Origin: Anaeramoeba ignava BMAN
Lineage: Eukaryota > Protista > Anaeramoebae
Assembly (NCBI GenBank): GCA_028826165.1
Contig: JAPDFW010000137.1
Location: 58,111 to 122,110 of the forward strand
DNA: 64,000 nt
Direction of reading: 5' to 3'
Shown: positions 24,623 through 35,217 of the stretch, in pieces
Numbering within the stretch: the first letter of the stretch is position 1
How the letters are laid out: the number at the start of each line of letters is the position of its first letter
Notes under the pieces: generated by a model
What the model was told of the DNA's origin: nothing
What the model saw: the letters and a program-made list of their open reading frames with translations, nothing else
Database searches by the model: none
Position numbers and translations under genes: made by a program

Positions 24623-27600
24623 ATGGGTAATTGTTGTAATACTTCTTTAAATCGAGAAGTTACAAGAGCTTTAATTCTAGATGATTCTGATAAAGAAGAA
24701 CCACATAATATAGATGAACAAGAATTTGATAATATTGATTTATTAACAACAAATGAAAATATTACAGACCAACTTAAAAATGAAATTAGAGGTTTTTTTT
24801 TCTTTTTTTTTTAACTTATTTTTTTACTTTGAAATTTTCAATTTTTTTTTTCCTTTCTTTTTGTTTCTTTTTTTATTATTATTTCTTTATTTAGACGATC
24901 CAACAAATTTTGAAAAAATTATTCCATTAATTCATAATTCTTTAATTTCTGATTTAAAAACAAATCAAAAGACTTCTGTTGATTTTATTTACAAAAATTG
25001 GGGAAATAGTAAACTATTTTACTTCTGAACTCCAAATTTATTTTCCATTTTAAAATTCATTTAAAAATTAAAATTCATTTATAAAATTAAAATTAAAATT
25101 AAAATTAAAATTAAAATTAAAATTAAAATTAAAAATAAAATTAAAAATAAAATTAAAATAAAAATAAAAATAAAATTAAAATTAAAATCAAAATTAAAAT
25201 CAAAATTTAAATTAAAATTCATTTATAAAATTAAAATCAAAATTAAAATTAAAATTAAAATTAAAATTAAAATTAAAAATAAAATTAAAATTAAAATCAA
25301 AATTAAAATCAAAATTTAAATTAAAATTCATTTATAAAATTAAAATTAAAATCAAAAATAAAATTAAAATTAAATTTAAAATTAAAATTTAAATTAAAAT
25401 CAAAATTAAAAATAAAATCAAAATCAAAATCAAAATTAAAAATTAAAATTAAAATTAAAATTAAAATCAAAATTAAAAATCAAAAATAAAATTAAAATCA
25501 AAAATTAAAATCAAAATTAAAATTAAATTTAATATTAAAATTAAAATTAAAATTAAAATTCATTTATAAATTAAAATTAAAATTAAAATCAAAATTAAAA
25601 ATTTAAAAATAAAATTAAAATTAAAAAATTAAAAATTAAAATTAAAAATTAAAATTAAAATTAAAATTAAAATTAAAATTAAAATTAAAATTAAAATTAA
25701 AATTAAAATTAAAATTAAAATTCATTTACAAAATTAAAATCAAAATTAAAATTAAAATTAAAATTAAAATTAAAATTAAAATTAAAATTAAAATTAAAAT
25801 TAAAATTAAAATTAAAATTAAAATCAAAATTAAAATTAAAATTAAAATTAAAATTAAAATTTAAAAAAATTAAAATTAAAATTAAAATTCATTTATAAAA
25901 TTAAAATTAAAATTAAAATTAAAATTAAAATTAAAATTAAAATTAAAATTAAAATTAAAATTAAAATTAAAATTAAAATTAAAATCTAAATTAAAATTTA
26001 AGGCGAAATGGAAATTCCACGATCAATTTCTTCACAATTTTATTCTTCTTTAATTGTTCTTCTTGGATCAAATGCAAGCAAAATACAACATAAAACTCTT
26101 CAAATTATAGGAAATTTAACAAGCAATTTTAATAAAGAAAAAAGTAAAGCAGCTTGTGATTTTTTAATACAACATAAATTATTACCAGCTTTAGTAAAAT
26201 TATCACAATCACCAACTCATGATGTTCAAAGAGGAATTGTTTCAATACTTGTTAATATATCAACCTTTGGTATTAAAATTAAAATTAAAATTCATTTATA
26301 AATTAAAATTAAAATTCAAATTAAAATTAAAATTAAAATTAAAATTAAAATTAAAATTAAAATCAAAATTCATTTATAAATTAAAATTAAAATTAAAATT
26401 TAATTTAAAATTAAAAAACAAAGAGGAAAATCATCTTATTCTTATGGAACATATGATTCCTTCTCTTTTAAATTTTTTCCATTCAGGATCTCATAGAGTT
26501 CAAAGAAATTCATTAATTATTTTACATCAAATCACAAAAACAAGTAATATCTAAAAAATTTAATCCAAATTTAATCTAAATTTAATCTAAATTTAATCCA
26601 ATATTATTTAATCTATTTTTTTTGGAAATTAATTCAGATTCAAAAAATCCAAAATATCCTCTTGAAATTATTGATAATTTACTTCAAATGTTGGGAGATC
26701 GTGATACTTCTGTTCAATATTATACATTAGCAAATATAGCAATATTATCTGAAATTGAAGAAGTAAAAAATTTAATCAATTTATTATAAAAATTTAATCA
26801 ATTTATAATAAAAAAATTTAAATAATTTATAATAAAATCTAATTAATTTATAATAATAATAAAATTTAATCAATTTATTATAAAAAAATTTAATTAATTT
26901 ATTATAATAAAATTTAATCAATTTATTATAATAAAATTTAATTAATTTATTATAATAAAATTTAATCAATTTATTATAATAAAATTTAATTAATTTATTA
27001 TAATAAAATTTAATTAATTTATTATAATAAAAATTTAATCAATTTATTATAATAAAAATTTAATTAATTTATTATAATAAAATTTAATCAATTTATTATA
27101 ATAAAATTTAATCAATTTATAATAAAATTTAATCAATTTATTATAATAAAATTTAATCGATTTATAATAATAATATTTAATTAATTTATTATAAAAATTT
27201 AATCAATTTATTATAAAAATTTAAAATTTATTATAATAAAAATTTAATCATTTATAATAATAAATTTAATCAATTTATTATAATAAAATTTAATCAATTT
27301 ATTATAATAAAAATTTAATTAATTTATTATAATAAAATTTAATCTAATTTATAATAATAAAAATTTAATCAATTTATTATAATAAAATTTAATCAATTTA
27401 TTATAAAATTTAAAATTTTAATAAATTTAATCAATTTATTATAATAAAATTTATTTAATCAATTATAATAATATTTAATTAATTTATAATAAAATTTAAT
27501 CAATTTATTATAATAAAATTTAATCAATTTATTTTCAATTTATTATAAAAAATTTAATCAATTTATAATAATATTTAATCAATTTATAATAATAAAATTT

Positions 27601-29914
27601 AATCAATTTATTATAATAAAATTTAATCAATTTATTATAATAAAATTTAATCAATTTATAATAATAAAATTTAATCAATTTATTATAATAAAATTTAATC
27701 AATTTATAATAATAAAATTTAATCAATTTATAATATTAATAAAAATTTAATTAATTTATAATAATAAAATTTAGATCCAAAATAAAATTATTGAAAATCA
27801 AAAAGCTATTTCTGGTTTAGTTAGTCTTGCAGGAGAAAAAACAAACTTATATTTAAATGAGAAAAATTCAAATATTTTCCAAATATTAATAATTTTCAAA
27901 AACATTTCAACAAACAAAAGTAAAAAATTAAATTTATATTTATAATATATTTATATTTAAAATATTTAAAATATTTATCAGTTAAAGGCCAAAATATTGT
28001 TGTTAATAAGGGAATTGTTCCCATTTTATTGAATATTTGTGAAACTGCAAATTTTGAAACACAAAGAGCAATTGTACAAACTTTTTCATGTCTTTCCAAA
28101 AATAATCGTAAATAAATTTATTTATTTATTTATTTATTAATTAAAAAACAAAATCGGAAAAAAAAATTTTTAATTAAATTTTTTAATAAATTTAAAGTTC
28201 AAACAACAAATGAAATGATTAAATTAAAGGTTATTGATAAGATGATGGAAATAATGGCGAAAACAGGAGAAAGCATGTTGATTCAAGATATTTTAATTGC
28301 AATTTCAATTTTTGTTGAACATGGTATTTTAAAATAAAAATGAAAATGAAAAAAATTTTCAAAAAGAAAAATGAATTAATTTTTTGTTATCAAAGAATTT
28401 GTTGCAAATTTATTGAATGATGGAAAACTTGTTTCAGATATTATTCGTACTTTATCACCACCAGAACAAAATTCAAGGATGACAACAAGTTTAACAGTTT
28501 CATTTGGTTTACAAACTAGTTGTTTTATTGCTTTAACTTCATTAATATCTCACAAATCATCAGAAAAAAATAGATTAACAGCAATAGAAAATAATATAAT
28601 GAAAATTGTTGAAGATAAATTAAATTCTTTTGATTTAAGAATACATTCTAAAATTCTTAAATTTTTAACTGTTCTTTATTCTTTTGGTAGAAACTTAAAT
28701 TTTTTTAATTTAATTCCCTTTCAAAATTTTTATTCTTCGTAATTGTTTGCTTTATTTTTAAAAAAAAAACAAAGATAATTACCGGAAAATATTATACAAA
28801 ATTACTTCCAAATATTTTACCAACAATTTTGGAAATTGATTTAAAAGATTTGAAGAATGAAAGAAATATTTTATGGTCAGCTAAATTTTGTTCTGTTTTA
28901 GCTTTGAAAAATGGTTTAAATTCAAATTCAAATTCAAATTCAAATTCAAATCCAATTAAAATTTATTTATAAAATTAAAAATTTAAAATCAAAGAAAATT
29001 TAAATGTTTTACTTCATAAAAATATTTTGGATGGATTATCTAATATATTTGCTAGTATTTATGATTATTTTCAAAGTGATGAAGCTAAATCAAAAAGAGT
29101 TACAAGAGATTTGGAAAAAGATTTAAAAAAAATAGGAAATTTACAAAGAAAAAATGTAGATTTTGAAAAGAGAGGAGTTAGTGTTTCATTTCCTATTTTA
29201 AGTTTTGAATTTATTGATGAAATTGATGGAATAACACAAACAGAAGAACAGAATTATAAATTGATTGTAATTTAAAAATATTCAAATCAAATTAAAAAAT
29301 ATTCAAATCAAATTAAAAAATATTCAAATCAAATTAAAAAATATTCAAATCAAATTAAAAAATATTCAAAATAGACTTCAGATATTTCTTCAATTTTTCT
29401 ATCATGTTCAGAAACTTCAACTAATGTAACTAAAATTATTTATCAATCCGATAAATTTTAAAATTATCCAAAAATATTTTCATTTAATTTCATTTCATAA
29501 AATTTAGAAATCACTTGAAAAAGTTTGGAAATGGATTTCAGATCAAAATCAAATTAGTATTTTAACAAAAGGATTGAATTTAGGATTTTTTCCAAATGTT
29601 CAATTTAATTGTGCAAATGCTATACTTAATATTTCATCAAATTGTATCAATTAAAAAATAATTTTTCTATTAATTTTTTTTATTCGTTTTTATTCATTTT
29701 TGATTTTTTAGCTCAATTAAATCCAATTATTTTTGAAATTGCTGGCGTTTCTTTAATTAGTTTAGCTCAATATTCAAAAAATGAAAGTTTAGTCGAAATT
29801 ATCAATTCAATTATTTTAAATTTAAATTTAACTCATAAAAATGAAATCCAAAATTTAGTTAAACAAATTCGAGAAAATTCAGATTTATTAACTGATATTT
29901 CAAATCAAAAATGA
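24623..29914 (+). CDS. Armadillo-repeat protein with an N-terminal MGNCC acylation motif (Vac8-like); about 14 exons
   Basis: Exons 24623-24791, 24895-25008, 26003-26269, 26424-26543, 26638-26762, 27775-27919, ~27982-28107, 28198-28323, 28396-28686, then five more ending at TGA 29914. ARM-like motifs LLPALVKLSQSPTHDVQRGIVSILVNIS and GIVPILLNIC. One unresolved frame problem near 28775-28800. Confidence 0.7.
25065..25998 (+). repeat. (AAAATT/AAAATC)n intronic microsatellite
   Basis: Fills intron 25009-26002. Confidence 0.95.
26765..27770 (+). repeat. ~24-bp intronic minisatellite (AAAATTTAATCAATTTATTATAAT)n
   Basis: Fills intron 26763-27774. Confidence 0.92.
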
Positions 29915-30097
29915 ATTAAAAATGAATTAATTTTAACTAAACTTTTTTTTTTTTTTTGGAAAAGATTTGAATTTTGTTTTTCATTGAAATTTGGAATGCA
30001 AATCAAATCAAATCAAATCAAATTAAATCAAATCAAATCAAATCAAATAAAAGAACAAATTTTTTTATTCTGATTGAATTAATTTTTCTTTTTTGGA

Positions 30098-30685
30098 TCA
30101 TTTTTTTTCAAATTTACAATTCAATCCAAATTTACATTTCAAACCAAATTTTGTATCTCTTTCAAAGGAACAATTACGAGAAAATTTACATTTTGAACCA
30201 AAATTTAAATGGTGAGAAAATTTGCAATTTGAACCAAAATTACATTCATTTTCCCATTTTGAAGAATGAGAAAATTTACAATCATTTTCGAATTTGCAAT
30301 TTGGTGAAAATCTTTCAGAATGACTAAATTTACATTCATTTTGGAAATGACAGTTTTTTGCAAAAGAATTTGAAAAAGAAAATTTGCATTTTGATCCAAA
30401 TTCACAATTTTCTCCAAAATTAGCAGAATAATCAAAATAACAATTTTCGCCAAATGTGCAATTGTTTCCAAAAATATTTCCTCTTTGAAATTCACATTTA
30501 TCTCCAAAATGGCAATTGTTTCCAAATTTCCAGAAATCTCCAAAAAAACTGAAACTATCAAATTTAGAACCTTCTGAAAAATTCATTCTTTCTTTTTGGA
30601 TTTTTTGATTTGGATTGAATTTTAAGAAATTATCAAGTGTTTTTTGGATTCTTTTTGATTCTCCAGTTTTCTTTGTTTTTTCCAT
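30098..30685 (-). CDS. Phe/Cys hexapeptide-repeat protein (predicted beta-helix); possibly the C-terminus of the upstream UBL gene
   Basis: About 26 hexapeptides of the form F-[GS]-x-x-C-x (FGNNCH FGDKCE FQRGNI FGNNCT FGENCY ...). Confidence 0.75.
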   Translation of the reverse strand: MEKTKKTGESKRIQKTLDNFLKFNPNQKIQKERMNFSEGSKFDSFSFFGDFWKFGNNCHFGDKCEFQRGNIFGNNCTFGENCYFDYSANFGENCEFGSKCKFSFSNSFAKNCHFQNECKFSHSERFSPNCKFENDCKFSHSSKWENECNFGSNCKFSHHLNFGSKCKFSRNCSFERDTKFGLKCKFGLNCKFEKK

Positions 30686-30815
30686 TTTCTGTTCGTGTTT
30701 TTCTTCATTTTTTTAAGTTTGGAATGAAGCATTTCTTTTGGAGGTTTTGATAAATCTTTTATTTTTAAATTTTTGGTTTTAATTTCTTTTTTTTCAATTT
30801 CTTTTAATTTTTTAA

Positions 30816-31616
30816 TTAATAATTTCTTTTTTTTTTGATATTTAATTTTTCCTTCTTTTTGTTTTCAAGTTGTTTTTGTAATTTTTTTTCTTGTTCCAAA
30901 TTTTGATTTTGATTTTGATTTTCAATTTGATTTTTTTCATAATTTTCATTTTGATTTTTTGAAATTAAATTTGCTTTTTCTGAAATTTTTTCATAATTTT
31001 GATTTACTTCAATAAATTCAAATCCAAAAATTTGATTTTGATTTTCAATTTGAATTTGATTTTGGATTTGATTTTCAATTTGATTTTCAATTTGATTTTG
31101 AATTTGATTTTGAATTTGAATTTGAATTTGATTTTGATTTTGATTTTGATTTTCAATTTGATTTTGATTTTGATTTTGATTTTCAATTTGATTTTCAATT
31201 TGATTTTGATTTTGATTTTCAATTTGATTTTGATTTTGATTTTGATTTTGATTTTGATTTTGATTTTGATTTTGATTTTGATTTTGAATTTGATTTTGAT
31301 TTTGAATTTGATTTTGATTTTGATTTTGATTTTGATTTTGATTTTGATTTTGATTTTGAATTTGAATTTCAATTTGAGGCATTTTTGTTCTTGATATCAT
31401 TTGAATAACACTTCCTTTCTTAATTTCATAATCATTTAGTTTTAAATCATCTTCTAATTGTCTTCCTGAAAAAATTAAAATAATTTCTACATTTTTAATT
31501 GATTTCAATTTGAATTTTTCAAGAATTTGACTTTTCAATTTTGATATAAAATCATTTGGTTGAATTTGAAAACTTTTTTTCACTTTATTTGTTTGATCAA
31601 AAACAAAAATTTTCAT
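30816..31616 (-). CDS. Ubiquitin-like-domain protein with an NQ-rich linker
   Basis: MKIFV...FQIQPNDFISKLKSQI...LIFSGRQLEDDLKLNDYEIKKGSVIQMI is a UBL fold with no C-terminal GG. The true 3' end is uncertain. Confidence 0.75.
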   Translation of the reverse strand: MKIFVFDQTNKVKKSFQIQPNDFISKLKSQILEKFKLKSIKNVEIILIFSGRQLEDDLKLNDYEIKKGSVIQMISRTKMPQIEIQIQNQNQNQNQNQNQNQNQIQNQNQIQNQNQNQNQNQNQNQNQNQNQIENQNQNQIENQIENQNQNQNQIENQNQNQNQIQIQIQNQIQNQIENQIENQIQNQIQIENQNQIFGFEFIEVNQNYEKISEKANLISKNQNENYEKNQIENQNQNQNLEQEKKLQKQLENKKKEKLNIKKKRNY

Positions 31617-31695
31617 TAGTTCAAAATTAAGAAGAAAAGAGAAGAAAAAAATGAAAAAAAAAAAAAAAAAGATTTTTGAAAAACGTTTGATTTTG

Positions 31696-33277
31696 TTAAT
31701 TAAGATTTTCTTTTAAAAAAGAAACCATTTCTTTTCTTGTTTGATTCAGTAATTCTTGAAAAGGTTGTTCAAAGACAAGGAAATAATATTTGGATTGAAA
31801 CTTGATTGAAATTTTTTTTGGATTAATAAAAGATATTCGACATTTCATTAAATCAAAAGATAAGTAAATTTCCTTTTGGGATTCATCAATGTTTTTGAAT
31901 AAAACTAACCAAATACTGTTTCCATTTCTTAAAGTAAAGTAATCGACTTGGATTTGATTTAAAAGACATTTTCCTGATTGAATAATTTGATCCTTTAAAA
32001 TTTTGTTTTCTTTCATTTGATTAAAAGATTGGATTTGAATCAATTCTTGATTTTGTTTTGGTTTGAAATTTGTTGGAAGTGTTTGAATTTGTTTTGATAA
32101 ATTTTTGAAAATGCATTTTGATAAATTTTCAAGAAAATGTTGTATTAAGTAAGAATGAATTGATTTAAAAGTAAGGAATATTTTTTGATTTTCTTTTGTT
32201 TTTTTAGATAAATTGATTTCTGTTTCTATTTCTATTTTCATTTTATGTCTATAACCTACTAAATCAGTCTCAATAAATTTAATTTGTAAATCTCCTTCAA
32301 TTGGGAATCTCAATATTTCTGAATATTTTCTTAAATTTCTTTTGAAAGTCAAATTTGAAATGAGTGCAAATTTTTGGAATAAAAACACAGTTTTATGTTC
32401 ATCTTCATTTTCAATTTCATTTTCGATTCCAATTTCAATCTCGTTTTTATTTTCGTTTTTATTTTCGTTTTTATTTTCGTTTTTATTTTCGTTTTTATTT
32501 TCGTTTTTATTTTCGTTTAAACCTTCAATATCAAATTGAACTTCATCAATTAGTTTTCCTAAATTTTTAATTGATGATAATCCAAATTTGGAAAGTTCTT
32601 CTTTTCTTTTTGAATTATTTGCTGATTGAACAATTTCATTAACCCAATTAGCAATTTTCTCGATATTTGATTCCAATGTTTCTTTTTAATTTTAATTTTA
32701 TAAATGATTTTTAATTTTGATTTTGATTTTGATTTTAATTTTAATTTTTGTATTTACTAAAAATAAGAAATTGTGGATCATAAGAATCACAAGAACGAAC
32801 AATTTCAGAAGCAAGTAATTTATAACGAGGAACTCTAGAAACAGGATAAATTAAAACTGAAGACAAAGTAAGATTTTGATGAAAAGTAAACATATATTGT
32901 TGAACAAATTCAGAAGTTTTTCGATTTGATAAAATTTGAGCTATTGAATTTTGATATTTTTCATAATTTGCAATATAATCAGCATAAATATCAATTTGTT
33001 CAAAAAAAGGAATTAAAAATGATCCAAAAATTTTTCGCTCATCCCATTCATTTTCTAATTCTTCTAGTTTTGGTGCAATTTCTGAATGAATTTGAACTAT
33101 TTTTTCGATTTTTTCTTTGATTTCATTGAAAATGATTTTTTCTGTTTTTTTCAAAAATGGTTCTATTTCTGGTGAAATATCTATAATTATTTGCAATGTT
33201 GATATGTAGGTTTTTTCTGTTTGATTCCATTCTTTCATCACTCTTTTTTGATACGTTTTGAATTTTCTTCTTCTCAT
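31696..33277 (-). CDS. Divergent DH-(PH) RhoGEF-family protein
   Basis: KRVMKEWNQTEKTYISTL...YADYIANY...LTLSSVLIYPVSRVPRYKLL. Intron 32682-32757 joins to KTLESNIEKIANWVNE, followed by a PH-like segment (VFLFQKFALI). Confidence 0.75.
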
Positions 33278-33472
33278 TTCTCAAATAATAATAATAATTG
33301 AAAAATGAAAAAGAAAAAATTCAAAAAAATTTTTTTCAATTCAATCCAAAAAAAAAATGGTAAAAATGTTTAAATTTTGCTTTTTATTTCATATCAATTT
33401 TAATTTTGAATTTGATTTTGATTTGAATTTTAATTTCCATTCCAAATTGATTCCAAATTGATTCCTTTTTGA

Positions 33473-35053
33473 TTACATTTGGAAATCTTTCATAAGATAA
33501 AGAATAATTCCAAAACCACAAACGATCACACAAAATGAACATCCCATTAAAGAAATTAGTGCTATAGAATCACCAAGAGTAACATTATATAATTTTCCAC
33601 ATTGTTCTTTCTATTAAAATTTATTATTTAAATATTTTGGAATTTAAATATTTTATAATTTAAATAAATATTTTGGAATTTAAATATTTTGTAAATACAA
33701 TTCCACTTCTTGTTGCCCAAACTAATCCGATTATTGTCCAAACAAGAATAAATAACCCAAGTAATCCTTGAAGAAAATAAAACATTACTTGAAAACAATC
33801 AAAAAGTGCAAGAAAAGCAAGTAAAACATTACTTGCTAAAACAATATTGCAAACTAAAATCCAAGCCCAAAGATTTTTATCACAATCCTTTTTTTAAAAA
33901 TTAATAATCCAAAAAATTAATGAAAAAGATTTATATTTATATTTATATTTATATTTAGATTTATATTTATATTTATATTTATATTTATATTTATATTTAT
34001 ATTTAGATTTAGAATTAGAATTATATTTATAATTAGAATTATATTTATATTTATATTCATATTTAGATTTAGATTTAGAATTAGAATTAGAATTATTTAG
34101 ATTTAGATTTAGATTTATATTTATATTTATATTTATATTTATATTTATATTTATATTTAGATTTAGGTTTAGATTTAGAATTAGATTTAGATTTAGATTT
34201 AGATTTAGATTTAGATTTAGATTTAGATTTATATTTATATTTATATTTATATTTATATTTATATTTATATTTGGATTTGGATTTTATTTATTTATATTTA
34301 TGGAATTTTTATATTTGATTTTGAATTTAGATTTAGATTTATATTAGATTTAGAATTATATTTAGATTTATATTTATATTTAAATTTATATTTATATTTA
34401 TATTTATTTATATTTATATTTATATTTATATTTATATTTATATTTTTATATTTATATTTTATATTTATATTTATATTTATATTTATATTTATATTTATAT
34501 TTATATTTATATTTATATTTATATTTATATTTATATTTATATTTATATTTATATTTAGATTTAGATTTAGATTTAGATTTAGATTTAGATTTGGATTTGG
34601 ATTTATTTTAGATTTAGAATTAAAATTAATATTTATTAAATTTTATATTTTAGAATTAGAATTTAGAATTTATATTTTATATTTATATTTTATTTATATT
34701 TATATTTTATATTTATATTTATATTTATATTTATATTTATATTTATATTTATATTTATATTTATATTTATATTTATATTTATATTTAGATTTATATTTAT
34801 ATTTATATTTATATTTATATTTATATTTATATTTATATTTATATTTATATTTATATTTATATTTATATTTATATTTAGATTTATATTTACTTTATCCTTA
34901 TCTTTAGCTGCAACTGCAAGTGAAGGTGCAACAAAAGCAATTGTAACAATAAAAGTTATAATAAAATTAAATAAAAGTTCTAAAAATAAAAAATAAATAA
35001 AAAGAAGAATATAAAATAAAAAATTTTTAAATTAAGTTTTTACCGTCTTTCAT
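33473..35053 (-). CDS. Small 4-TM protein with a Cys pair (TMEM272-like / membrane module of RING-H2 ligases); not in the ORF track
   Basis: Exons 35053-35044, 34979-34891, 33887-33699 and 33610-33473, all GT-AG and phase-consistent. Product: MKDELLFNFIITFIVTIAFVAPSLAVAAKDKDKDCDKNLWAWILV...FILVWTIIGLVWATRSGIKEQCGKLYNVTLG...DFQM*. Confidence 0.75.
33928..34889. repeat. (TTTATA/TTTAGA)n hexamer microsatellite in intron 33888-34890
   Basis: Direct reading of the sequence. Confidence 0.95.
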
Positions 35054-35217
35054 TTGAAAAAAAAAAAGAAAAAAAATGAAATTAAAATTTTAAAATGAAA
35101 ATTTTTTTACTTTTTTTAATTTGAATTAATCAATGTCAAAAAAAGCAAAAAAAAAAAGCAAAAAAAAAACAAAAAAAAAGCAAAAAAAAAAAGATCATTT
35201 TTTTTCTTTCAAAATAA

